This document shows, one piece after another, positions 13,641 through 25,026 of a stretch of 64,000 bases of DNA (positions within the stretch are counted from its first letter, which is position 1; the number at the start of each line of letters is the position of its first letter). The DNA comes from Octopus vulgaris (lineage: Eukaryota). The DNA is taken from assembly GCA_951406725.2 (NCBI GenBank), contig OX597820.1, forward strand, positions 102,114,001 to 102,178,000, given 5' to 3'. The notes under the pieces are model-generated. The model saw only the letters and a list, made by a program, of their open reading frames with translations. It was not told the DNA's origin and made no database searches. Both the position numbers and the translations under genes were made by a program.

Positions 13641-14509
13641 CCATCTACTCATAGAATATCCAGCATAACCTCTTGTGTACCTTATATAGCAGAGTGTGTG
13701 AGTCAGCCAGAGAACTCACTTGATATTGTAGGTGGCAACATCTAAATGGTCGGACTGATGCTGAAGGTTGGTATTGAATGATTTGTACATACTTTGAGGG
13801 TGGCATGACTTGAGGAGGTAACCTTTACCTAAGCACTTTGTTGACCTTAGGATCTATAAGAGATATTATCAGTAATGAGGAGACCAAAACCGAAACTTTT
13901 CATAGAGTGAAATAAGTCTAGGAAGTGGCCTTACTTAGTCATGAGTTAACTTCCAAGAGATACACACACCCACGCAAGCACGCACATACACACACAATTC
14001 TATAGAATACAGAATGAAATTATCTTGTTCACCAAGAGTCATAATTTCTTTGTCTTTTTTTTTAAGGAATGTTTTTGCATTTTTTGTCTCTGTCGCTGCC
14101 TTGAATTCTGTAATTTATAATTTCTGGCTTTTTTTCCTGAAAGCTTTTCAGATTATCTGCAATTAAAATTCTCTTAAATTTTTTGCCCACTTGACCTCTT
14201 TCTATCATATTTTTTTTCTTTCCATAATCCCAGATGTTTGAAAAACCATAAAAATAATAAAGAAATATTAAAAGAAGTAAAATATGAAAACAACATGGAA
14301 AGTGGGAACTTAAGGGAAAAAAAATTTGAAAGTTTGAAATTTGTTTTTTTTTTCACAGAATTGTAATTTTAAAATTTTAAAACATAAATATGAAAATAGA
14401 AAATTATGGAAATGAGATGGGTGAGACAGTAAAAGTACAACCCACCCCCTGAAAATATTAAGAATTTTGCAAAAATATGTTTTTGCAGAACTGTAATTTC
14501 AGTTGCTTC

Positions 14510-14723
14510 TTAACCTTTAAGTGTTCAGATTACTCTGTCAAATATAATGCTTATTTATTCACATCATTTTGAGTTAATAATGCATTATCTCATAGTTCTA
14601 AGATTTTGATGATTTAATTGTTTTTAGAATGACTTTGTAGGGTAAGTGTGAGAGGTCATATCTGGCTGGTTTGATCATAAAATAGGTAGAATATCTGGGC
14701 CACATACAGCTAGTTTAAATGCT
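14510..14723. mobile_element. piggyBac-like MITE copy (inverted)
   Basis: Reverse complement of 6881-7128. Confidence 0.6.
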
Positions 14724-14828
14724 GACAAAACTTGAAGAAATTATCGTTTTTAGTGAACAAGATAATTTCTTATTCAATTCCATAGGATTAATATGTATAT
14801 GGATATACATATGGATATCTATACATAT

Positions 14829-14869
<41 letters not shown>

Positions 14870-15104
14870 TATATATACTCATACATATGCATGGAAATAT
14901 GTATGGATATATATGTATGAATATATATGTATGGATATATATATGTATGGATTGTCGGCTCCAGCTCGTATCTGAACATTGGGTTCGTCAGTTTCCATCC
15001 AGTCTCCACAGCTAATGTATGTATGAATATATATGTATGGATATATATACATACACATATATGTATATGTATATATATGGATATATATACACACATATAT
15101 CTAT

Positions 15105-15380
15105 GTGACCATGTAACTGATTAGACTATCAGATATTGTCACAAATCACTGGCCACAATCTGTTTTGCATCATTTTAGCAAATTTCCGTTTCCATGGCAT
15201 ATACAAATATTACCCACCTGGATGAGACACCAGTGCATCACAGGATTACTCACTTTTGCTAACTGAGTGGACTGAACAACATTAAATGAAGTGTTTTGCT
15301 CAAGAACACAACGCATTACCCAGTTCAGGAACTGAAACCATAATCTTACAATCACAAGTCCAATACTCAAACCACTAAAC
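15105..15380 (-). mobile_element. SINE family E (tRNA head plus CORE-like domain)
   Basis: CTGAGTGGACTG...GTGTTTTGCTCAAGAACACAAC; related copies 38550-38870, 39295-39535, 56490-56650; tail shared with 16375-16655. Confidence 0.6.
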
Positions 15381-15382
15381 TA

Positions 15383-15862
15383 TAATAATAATAATGAAAT
15401 TATTACATGCAGTGCTCAGGTGCACCACAACTTGTCAGAAAGTGCATATAAAGTATATGCAGTAATGTACAAATGTCTGGAAAGTGGACAATGTATGAGT
15501 CAGATACATGCTTGCATGTGTATGGAGGGGGGAAAATTAGGTGTAGTGTTGACGAATCTCAGAAAGCATGGAAGTTTTGAAGGATGCAGTGCTCAGACAA
15601 CTAACAACTGATGCCAGCAGTTTGTTCCATGCTTCAGCAACTCTCAGCGTGAAAAAATGTTTCCTAAAGTCATGGGAGCTGTGTTGTTTTCTTACTGTGT
15701 AAATATGTCCACGGGTGTTAGATGGGTGGAGTTTGAAAAGGTGCTCAGAGTTATTGTTTGTAAGATGGTTAATAATTTTATGGGTGTCTGCCAAGTCAGC
15801 TGCCAGACGTCGGAGTTTCAATGCGTCCATGCCCAGGGAAGTAAGGCGTTCAGAATATGCAC
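15383..15862 (-). pseudogene. CR1-clade LINE 3' end (ORF2 C-terminus, 3' UTR, (ATT)n tail)
   Basis: ORF 15537-15872: YSERLTSLGMDALKLRR...NTRGH...RKHFFTLRVAEAWNKL, a typical CR1/L2 ORF2 C-terminus. Confidence 0.8.
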
Positions 15863-15935
15863 CTATACACACGCGAATGAGTGAACAAACAAAAGAAAAG
15901 AACAGTCAACACATTTAGTAGGAGTTACAAGTATT

Positions 15936-16118
15936 ATTTTAAACAATTTGATTCAGTTCCAAGTGATTTAAAGTTTTGCAGGCCTCCAACAGAAGCCTGT
16001 TTCTTTCTGGCTTATAGATTACTGGATGAGCCAGTAATCTATAGACTGAAAGAGACAGGCTTCTGCTAGAGGCCTGGAAAACTTTAAATCATGCAACTGA
16101 ATCAAATTGTTTTAAAAT
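15936..16118. repeat. About 180-bp imperfect hairpin (MITE-like)
   Basis: Arms AAACAATTTGATTCAGTT...AGATTACTGG / CCAGTAATCT...AACTGAATCAAATTGTTT with 5-nt loop ATGAG. Confidence 0.8.
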
Positions 16119-17384
16119 TCTATCGGCCGGCTTTCCTCGATTTCAGCTCTTCGTGTTTTTTCTGTAGCGAGTAAATAATATGTGGAAATTGACAATTTAA
16201 AAGTCTGTTATCAGTATATTGGCATTGAAATAATTTTCTTTAGCCCTTATTTATAAGTTGTTTATAATTTTAACCGTAAAGGTATTTTAATATGCTGCCA
16301 CACTTTTTGATGGAATTTTTTTCTGTAAAAAAACTTCATCCTATATTAGTAGTATAGATATATATATATATATATCACCGTGACCAACCAGGCTATCAGA
16401 TGTTGCTACACGTCGCTGGTCACAATGCGCTTTACATTGTTTTAGCCTTCGAATGACGCCACCCCGCTGGCTAAGCAAGCAGGCCAACAGAGTGAGAGAA
16501 ATTTGTGGCCAAAGAGTAAAGCAGGGATTGCCACCACCTCCTACCGGAGCCTCATGCAGCTTTAGGTGCTTTTACTCAATAAACACTCACAATGCCTGGT
16601 CTGGGAATCGAAACCGTGAGTCTGCTGCCCTAACCACTGGGCCATTGTGCCTCCACACACACACGTATATATATATATATATACATACATAGTCAGGTGT
16701 TGCTTGCTGTTTGGTTAAGAAGTTTGTATTACAATCACAAGGTTTTGGGTTCAGTCCCACTGTGTGGCAACTGGGCAAAAGCATTTTACTGTAATCTTGG
16801 GTTGACTAAATCCTTGCGAATAGACTTGCTGTATGGAAACTGAAAGAAGCTTGTCATGTGTGTGTATACTTGTGTGTGTGTGTGTGTGTGTATATGCGTG
16901 TGTGTGTATATGCGTGTGTGTGTGAGTGTGTGTATATGTATGACTGTGTCGAGTGTTCCTGTTACACTGTCATACATGCCCTATCATTCATTTCTGACAA
17001 TGGGGAAATATAACCTTGCATGGAAATAGCTAAGGGTTCACAACAGGATTTCCATCTAACTCTTGCAAATATGGAAAAGTAGATGTTAAAAAGGATGAGG
17101 ATGAAACAATGTTTTATATACATATCATATATATATGTGTATGCATGTATGTATGTATGTATGTATGTATGTATGTATGGCTGTCAGCTAGGAATATAAA
17201 AAGGAAATGGATATGATGATATATTTGAAAATCCATAAATATCTGCAGAATTTATATGAATATTAGCATGCAGGATAGAGTGAGCAAGTTGTTTTATTAC
17301 ATAACTTTGCAACTGTTGCATTGACATTTCAATGAGATGAATAGAATTATGTAATAAAATGAATTGCTTACTCCACTCTCCTTG

Positions 17385-17646
<262 letters not shown>

Positions 17647-17647
<1 letters not shown>

Positions 17648-18385
17648 GAGACCATAACCCGTGGCCTCTACCTGGTAGGTAGCCAGTCGACTTATACATA
17701 CCTTTCCTTCTTGAGACACAAAACTCCACTTGTGAAGACCCGTTGAGGCAAGTGAAAATCAAAATCAAAATCAAAATCAAAATCAAATCAAACCAAATCA
17801 AATCAGATATCAGAAAGCAGACCAAAATCGAAGTCGATCAGCATCAATGGAAATTGCGGCTGTGATACCAGTGCCGGTGACAAGTAAGCGAACGATCCGA
17901 TCATGGCCGTTGCCAGCGCCGCTCCGACTGGCCTCCGTGCCAGTGACACGTAAAAAGCACCATCCGTTTGTGGCCGTTGCCAGCCTCACCTGGCCCCCGT
18001 GCCAGTGGCATGTAAAAAGCACCATCCGTTCGTGGCCGTTGCCAACACCGCCCCGTCTGGCCTCCGTGCCGGTGGCACGTAAAAGCACCATCCGTTCGTG
18101 TCCATTGCCAGCCTCGCCTGGCCCCCGTGCCGGTGGCACGTAAAAGCACCATCCGTTCGTGGCCCTGTGCCAGCTCCGTCTGGCTCCTGTGCGGGTGGCA
18201 CGTAAAAAGCACCCACTACACTCGCAGAGTGGTTGGTGTTAGGAAGGGCATCCAGCTGTAGAAACACTGCCAGATCAGACTGGGCCTGATGCAGCCTTCT
18301 GGCTTCACAGACCCCAGTTGAACTGTCCAACCCATGCTATCATGGAAAACGGACGCTAAATGATGATGATGATGATGATGATGAT
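17647..18385 (+). mobile_element. RTE 3' UTR-only copy, tail-to-tail with the full-length RTE
   Basis: Starts TGAGACCATAACCCGTGGCC (compare RTE stop context TGAGTCCACAACCCGTGGCC), six hairpin units, (GAT)n tail. Confidence 0.85.
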
Positions 18386-19027
18386 GTATATATATATATA
18401 TACATATATATGTATATCATCATCATCATCATCATCATTTAGCGTCCGTTTTCCATGCTAGCATGGGTTGGACGGTTCTGCTGGGGTCTGTGAAGCCAGA
18501 AGGCTTCATCAGGCCCAGTCAAATCTGGCAGTGTTTCTACGGCTGGATGCCCTTCCTAACGCCAACCACTCCGTGAGTGTAGTGGGTGCTTTTTACGTGC
18601 CACCCGCACTGGTGCCAGCCAGAGCTGGCAAACGGCCACGAACGGATGGTGTTTTTTATGTGCCACCGGCACGAGGGCCAGGCGAGGCTGGCAACGAACA
18701 CGAAACGGGGCGGTGCTGGCAACGGTCGCGAAACGGAAGGTTCTCTTACATGCCACCGGCACTGGTAACACATCTGCAATTTCCATTGATCGATTTCCAT
18801 TGATCGATTTCGATTCTGATCCTCACTTGCCTCAATGGGTCTTCACAAGCAGAGTTTCGACATGCCACCGGCACTGGTAGCACATCCGCAATTTCCATTG
18901 ATCGATTTCGATTCTGATCCTCACTTGCCTCAACACGTCTTCACAAGTAGAGTTTTGTGTCCCAAGAAGGGAAGGTATGCATACGTAGGCTGGCTCCATC
19001 CCATGTAGAAGGCCACGGGTTGTGGAC

Positions 19028-22000
19028 TCACTTGTCCTGCCGGGTCTTCTCGCGCACAGCACACTTCCAGAGGTCTCGGTCTCTAGTCATTTCCTCGGTG
19101 AGACCTAAAGTTCGAAGGTCGTGCTTCACCACCTCGTCCCAGGTTTTCCTGGGTCTGCCTCTTCCACAGGTTCCCTCAACCGCTAGGGTGTGGCACTTTT
19201 TCACACAACTATCTTCATCCATTCTCGCCACATGACCATACCAGCGCAAACGTCTCTCTTGCACACCACAACTGATGCTTCTTAGGTCCAGCTTTTCTCT
19301 CAAGGTACTTACACTCTGCCGAGTGTGAGTACTGGCATTACACATCCATCGGAGCATACTGGCTTCATTTCTAGCGAGCTTACGCATATCCTCAGCAGTC
19401 ACGGCCCATGTTTCACTGCCATGTAGCATGGCTGTTCGTACACACGCATCATACAGTCTGCCTTTCACTCTGTGCGAGAGGCCTTTTGTCACCAGCAGAG
19501 GTAAGAGCTCTCTGAACTTTGCCCAAGCTATTCTTACTCTAGCAGTTACACTTTCAGCACACCCGCCCCCGCTGCTGACTTGGTCACCTAGGTAACGGAA
19601 ACTATCAACTATTTCTAGTTTTTCTCCCTGGAAAGTGACAGAAGTTGGTCTCAGAGCATTTTCAGTGTTTATTGTTCCTGAGCATCTGCCACATACAAAA
19701 ACCATCTTCCTAGTTAGCCTTCCTTTGACATTGCTGCATCTCTTATGTGTCCATAGCTTACACTTGGTGCATCTTATAGAGTTTCTACCTACACCTTTTC
19801 TACAGATCGAGCAGGGCCATCTACCTGAAGGTGTTTGTGATTTGTCTACCTTCCTACTGATTACGACTTTGGTTTTAGCTAGATTGACTCTGAGGCCCTT
19901 CGATTCTAATCCTTGTTTCCACACCTGAAACTTCTCCTCCAGTTCTGATAGCGACTCAGCAATTAGAGCAAGGTCATCAGCATAGAGGAGCTCCCAAGGG
20001 CATCCTGTCTTGAATTCCTCCGTTATTGCCTGGAGGACTATGATAAATAGGAGGGGGCTGAGTACTGAGCCTTGGTGGACCCCTACCTCTACCCGGAATT
20101 CTTCACTGTACTCATTTCCAACCCTCACCCTACTAGCGGCGTCCCTATACATGGCCCGCACAGCTCTCACTAACCATTCATCTATCCCTAGTTTTCTCAT
20201 TGCCCACCAGATAAGGGATCGGGGCACCCTGTCGAAGGCTTTCTCCATGTCAACAAAAGCCAGGTACAGGGGCTTATCTTTGGCTAGGTATTTCTCCTGC
20301 AGCTGCCTTACCAGGAATATAGCATCAGTAGTACTTTTCCCTGGCACAAACCCAAACTGCATCTCATCTAAACTAACTCTCTCTCTAATTAGTTGGGCTA
20401 TGACCCTCTCCGTAACCTTCATCACCTGGTCCAACAGCTTGATACCTCTGTAGTTGTTTGTATCTAGGGCATCACCTTTACCTTTGTAGCAGTTGACTAT
20501 TATACTGCTACACCAGTCATTGGGTATGACCCCTTTGTGTATCACCTGATTAACTATATGGGTGACTAGGCTATAGCCGACACTACCAGACATTTTGAGC
20601 ATCTCTGCAGTGATTCCTGATGGGCCTGGGGCTTTCCCTGTCTTCATGCTTCTAATTGCCTTAGCTACCACAGAACTATCAACTCGGATAGCTGGTCCCT
20701 CTGTTGGGTCAACATTCGGCAGACTCTCTTTATCCCATTCATTTTCTTCATTCAGCAACCTTTCATAGTGGCATCTCCAAACCTCTCTCTTTGCATCCTC
20801 ATTTAGCGCAAGTGAACCATCTTCCATGCGAACACACTTCTCTCCTACCACATCACGATTCTCTCTCACACACTGTCTTGCAACACGAAACACCTCCAGT
20901 CTTTGGTCCTCACGGCGCAGAACATTGGCAAATTTTTTCTTATCTGCTTCCCCTCTGGCTAAATAAACCTGTCTCCTAGCTTCTCTTTTGGCAGTCTGAT
21001 ACAATTCCCTGCTACCCCCATTTTTCCAGACCTTCCAAGCCTGTCTCTTTTCTCTAATAGCCCTGTCTACAATATTGTTCCACCACCACGTTATTCTAGG
21101 TCGAGAGGGGACTTTGCACCAGCCACAGATCTGGTCAGTGGCTCTCAGCAGGTTGTCCCTTAGAAACGTCCAGCTGTCTTCTACCCCCTGTGATGCTCTA
21201 TCCCCTTCTACTTCGTCAGAGGCTTCAAGTAATATGTCCCTAAATCTCTGTCCATTTGCAGGATCTTTAAGCTTCCAGATCCTTCTTCTCCATATTTGTC
21301 GTCTTCTGGTTGTCCTCCTAGTCCTGATCCTAAAGTCACTAACTACCAGTCTATGTTGTGGGGTACATTCTTCACCTGGGAAGGTTTTGGCATTTATAAG
21401 CAGCCATCTCTCCCTTTGCCTTGTAAGGATGTAGTCAATTTGGCTGGTATGTTGGCCCGATTGGTAAGTGACTAGGTGGCTGGTAGGTTTCCTGAAGTTA
21501 GTGTTGCAAATCATAAGATTATTTGCATCGCAGAACTCCAGCAGCCTGGTTCCCTCCTCGTTGCGGGAGCCATAGCCGTAGCCTCCATGTACGCCATGGA
21601 AGCCCCCAGCATGTCGTCCAACGTGACCATTGAAGTCACCAGCCACAAAGATAAGGTCTCTGTCGTTCGTCAATGAGGTAGTCTGCAGTAGAGTGTCATA
21701 GAATCGGTCTTTCTGTCCATCGGGTAGCCCCGACTGAGGAGCATAGGCTGATATAATGGTTGCTAAACTATGATGAAGCACTAATCTAATCTTAAGTATT
21801 CTGTCACTTACTCTGATTACCTCAATTACTTTATCTACCCATTTCTCAGCGATAAGTATACCCACGCCACCAACCCCGTCAGTATTCCCTGCCCAGAAAA
21901 TCTTGTACCTGCGTTCCTTGCCTGTGAGGAACCTAGCTGATCCTCCTCTCCACCTTATTTCTTGCATGCAACATATATCCACACATCTCCGTTCAAGCAT

Positions 22001-22195
22001 CTCGACTATCTCACCAGACCTACCTTTCAGAGTGCCAACGTTGAGGGTGCCAACCCTGAGGGTGTGGAAGGCATGGGCTCTAGAGACCCTGGGACGGTGG
22101 ACAGTAGCTTCGTGTACCTGAAAAGAAAGCTCGCATTTGGCAGAATTCATGTGCAAAAAATGAAGTAGTAAAGTAGCCTTCAGTACAACCTGCAT
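19028..22195 (-). CDS. RTE LINE polyprotein: APE endonuclease + reverse transcriptase with inserted PHD-type finger
   Basis: APE motifs GTLNVGTL, MQEIRW, SAYAPQ, GDFNGHVG, QIDYIL, PQH; RT motifs YRGIKLL, QFGF, DMEKAFD, GVHQGSVLSP, YADD, FRYLG; RTE C-terminus RLRWYGHV..GRGRPRKTW; true start codon uncertain. Confidence 0.95.
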   Translation of the reverse strand: MQVVLKATLLLHFLHMNSAKCELSFQVHEATVHRPRVSRAHAFHTLRVGTLNVGTLKGRSGEIVEMLERRCVDICCMQEIRWRGGSARFLTGKERRYKIFWAGNTDGVGGVGILIAEKWVDKVIEVIRVSDRILKIRLVLHHSLATIISAYAPQSGLPDGQKDRFYDTLLQTTSLTNDRDLIFVAGDFNGHVGRHAGGFHGVHGGYGYGSRNEEGTRLLEFCDANNLMICNTNFRKPTSHLVTYQSGQHTSQIDYILTRQRERWLLINAKTFPGEECTPQHRLVVSDFRIRTRRTTRRRQIWRRRIWKLKDPANGQRFRDILLEASDEVEGDRASQGVEDSWTFLRDNLLRATDQICGWCKVPSRPRITWWWNNIVDRAIREKRQAWKVWKNGGSRELYQTAKREARRQVYLARGEADKKKFANVLRREDQRLEVFRVARQCVRENRDVVGEKCVRMEDGSLALNEDAKREVWRCHYERLLNEENEWDKESLPNVDPTEGPAIRVDSSVVAKAIRSMKTGKAPGPSGITAEMLKMSGSVGYSLVTHIVNQVIHKGVIPNDWCSSIIVNCYKGKGDALDTNNYRGIKLLDQVMKVTERVIAQLIRERVSLDEMQFGFVPGKSTTDAIFLVRQLQEKYLAKDKPLYLAFVDMEKAFDRVPRSLIWWAMRKLGIDEWLVRAVRAMYRDAASRVRVGNEYSEEFRVEVGVHQGSVLSPLLFIIVLQAITEEFKTGCPWELLYADDLALIAESLSELEEKFQVWKQGLESKGLRVNLAKTKVVISRKVDKSQTPSGRWPCSICRKGVGRNSIRCTKCKLWTHKRCSNVKGRLTRKMVFVCGRCSGTINTENALRPTSVTFQGEKLEIVDSFRYLGDQVSSGGGCAESVTARVRIAWAKFRELLPLLVTKGLSHRVKGRLYDACVRTAMLHGSETWAVTAEDMRKLARNEASMLRWMCNASTHTRQSVSTLREKLDLRSISCGVQERRLRWYGHVARMDEDSCVKKCHTLAVEGTCGRGRPRKTWDEVVKHDLRTLGLTEEMTRDRDLWKCAVREKTRQDK

Positions 22196-22357
22196 AACGC
22201 TAGCCTTTCATATTTTGCACTGTATGAACATTACCTTACATAGGTCGAGACTAGGGGTAGGGATGGTGAGAGCATTTGCAGTCTTCATGGGAAGCAACCC
22301 CGGAATGGAAGAGAATAGGAACTTCCGGCATGCGTGGTGGGGGTGGGAGGGCGGGTG

Positions 22358-22453
22358 CACCGTAGCTGAGTAAAGAGGTTCTGTTAATCGTGAGCTAGCA
22401 AATGGGTTAGTATGAATCGGGAGACAATACTAAACGAAAAATTGAAAAATTGA
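22358..22453. repeat. 96-bp direct repeat copy 1 (identical to 22970-23065)
   Basis: CACCGTAGCTGAG...GAAAAATTGA identical in both places. Confidence 0.95.
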
Positions 22454-22969
22454 AAAATCAGAGTGGCTATGAACCTGGAGACAAGTCTAAACGAAAAAAA
22501 TGTTTGAGCTAGACAGGGTAATGAGGGAATACTGAAAGAATGAGGGACAATACAATGAGATGGAAATTGAAGAATAGAGAAAGAGTAAGGATAAGTGCAA
22601 GAAAGAAGGTAGTCGTAGCGAGGTTGAACGATTCACTTAACTTTTAGCCATTCATGATCTGTGCGTATTCTTTAGATATTTTGAAGCGAGTGGGGTTAAC
22701 GATAAATGCGATCGCTCTTTTATGTATGGCGATGATGGTTTTGGGGAGTGGGGGGGGCATAGAGGACCATGGCGATGATGGTTATGGGAAGGGGGGAACA
22801 TAGCGAGAGAGAGATAGGGTTAGTTAGAGAGAGAGGTCAAGGGACACGTGACAATAAGCGGTGTGAGGGAATTTGACTGGGGACGGCATTGTCGATAAAT
22901 AAACATTAGATAAATAGGTTTGAAAATCAGAAAAATCAGAGGGAATATCATTATTGATAGCTAATATAA

Positions 22970-23062
22970 CACCGTAGCTGAGTAAAGAGGTTCTGTTAAT
23001 CGTGAGCTAGCAAATGGGTTAGTATGAATCGGGAGACAATACTAAACGAAAAATTGAAAAAT

Positions 23063-23065
<3 letters not shown>
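22970..23065. repeat. 96-bp direct repeat copy 2, forming the 5' end of the RTE
   Basis: Identical to 22358-22453; abuts (TA)n. Confidence 0.95.
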
Positions 23066-23109
<44 letters not shown>

Positions 23110-23115
<6 letters not shown>

Positions 23116-23260
23116 ATCCAAGCATGAAAGCACAAAAAAACACAATAACGCGAGGACGTGGAACAAATATAGTATTATTGGACGCTCAGGAAAGAAGGAG
23201 GGTTTAACGTTTTGAGCGGAGCTCTTCGTCGGAAACATCCAGAGAAGGAAGACAGAGGAT
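23110..23260 (-). mobile_element. Penelope-like terminal-repeat fragment with degenerate minimal hammerhead
   Basis: Minus strand GTTT-CCGACGA-A-GAGC tcc GCTC-AAAAC-GTT-AAAC; second copy 31134-31330; both in (TA)n. Confidence 0.6.
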
Positions 23261-23318
23261 ATATATATATGTGTATATATATATATATATATAATATATA
23301 TATTATATGGTATATATA

Positions 23319-23379
<61 letters not shown>

Positions 23380-23689
23380 ATATAATATATATATTATATA
23401 TATATATATATAATCATCATCATCATCATCATCGGACGTTAAACGATGATGATGATGATGATGATATATATATATATATATTATATGGTATATATATATA
23501 TATATATATATTTATACATAAACATATATACATATTGCTTCCACTCATATACACACACATACTCACACACACATGTACATACATTCACACACACAATGAC
23601 ACACATATAATGTTTGTTCTTTGTTCAGTTACAATTAAAACAGTTTTCACATTAATCTGAAGGATTAATGCAAAATACTTTTCCTCATT

Positions 23690-24215
23690 ATTATTGTCGT
23701 TTAACATCTGCTTCCGATGCTGGCATGGGTTGGATGGTTTGACTGAGGGCTGGCAAGCCAGAAGGCTGAACCAGGCTCCAATCTGTTCTGGCAAAGTTTC
23801 TACGGCTGGATGCCTTGCTAACGCCAACCACTCAAAGAGTGTAGTGGGTGCTTTTCTACGTGCCACCGGCACAAGGGCCAGTCAGGCAGTACTGGCATCA
23901 ACCATGCTTGAATGGTGCTTTTTATGTGCCACTGGCATGGGAGCCAGTCAAGCGGCACTGGCAATGACCACACTCGAATGGTGCTTTTTGCTTGCGACCT
24001 CATGGGCCAGTCAGCTGGCCCTGGCATCAAACATGCTCGAATAGTACTTTTGATGTACCACTGGGACGGGACCAGTCAGGTGGCACTGGCATCGACCATG
24101 CTCGAATGGTGCTTTTTACATGCCACCGGTCTTCACAACTATAGTTTATTGCCCAATGATTGAAAGGTACTCTTAAATTGGTCGGTTATGCTGCACTGGC
24201 ATAGGCCATGGTTAC
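23690..24215 (-). mobile_element. Older RTE 3' UTR copy
   Basis: GGATGCCTTGCTAACGCCAACC and repeated TGCTTTTTATGTGCCAC units. Confidence 0.75.
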
Positions 24216-24309
24216 AAAAAATTTATTCTTTAACAAAAACAGTATTGACAGTGTCTTCAAAGTTACAGCCAGCTAAGCCAACATTGGTCTGTGCCTGTGG
24301 TATAGGCAG

Positions 24310-24347
<38 letters not shown>

Positions 24348-24376
24348 TATATATTTATATTATATATAGGGTACTC

Positions 24377-24494
24377 TTACACATAGATGCCTCATGCTAG
24401 GAGGGATTCTTAAAGTCAAAACTACTAAAATAAATATTTATTTTAATAGTTTTGACTTTAAGAGTCCCTCCTAGCGTGAGGCATCTATGTGTAA
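24377..24494. repeat. Near-perfect loopless palindrome (2 x 59 bp)
   Basis: TTACACATAGATGCCTCA...AAAT|ATTT...TGAGGCATCTATGTGTAA, centre 24435/24436. Confidence 0.9.
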
Positions 24495-24626
24495 TAATGC
24501 CCTCTATATAATATAAATAAATATATTTAAAGGAAAAAATCGATGGCTTTTTTTCCCTTATGAGGTTTTTCACGCTAACTACTTGATAAATTCTTATGAA
24601 GATTTTTATCCTATTTTTAAATTGTA

Positions 24627-24681
<55 letters not shown>

Positions 24682-25026
24682 CAGAAGTAACAGAGTGATT
24701 CAAGTGATGAGAGTTTCATGCATTGACAGTTATCAAAGTAGTTACAGATCAAAGTGTTGTGGACTGGTGATAATTATATTATCCTGGATTGTTCTATTAC
24801 AAATTATAAAAAAATTACAAAGTCACATGGATAATTCATATCTTTCAAATAGTTTGCCTGTTATGTTGTTCAATAAATACATAAATACACATGCACACAC
24901 ATACATGTGCATACATACATATGCATAGACACACACGCATGCATACAAGCATGCATAGAAGCAGACACACACACACACACACAGTAGTGGATCTCTGTCC
25001 TTTGATGATGAATATTCAGTTGTTTA

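Larger units (their letters stand above)
18418..23065 (-). mobile_element. Apparently full-length RTE-clade LINE (about 4.65 kb)
   Basis: About 870-bp 5' region, intact 1055-aa ORF, about 610-bp 3' UTR ending in (TGA)n; (TA)n on both flanks. Confidence 0.9.

Noticed and set aside
14950-15010. CTGACGA on the minus strand as a hammerhead
   Set aside because: No GAAA or stem II/III downstream; CTGANGA hits at about 26070, 38910 and 41535 likewise lack a convincing stem II
17870-18213. CRISPR-like repeat-spacer pattern
   Set aside because: Eukaryotic context, no cas genes, spacers are related to each other, and the array is part of a LINE 3' UTR
19635-22168. Plus-strand ORFs overlapping the RTE ORF
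   Set aside because: Antisense shadows of the LINE coding sequence
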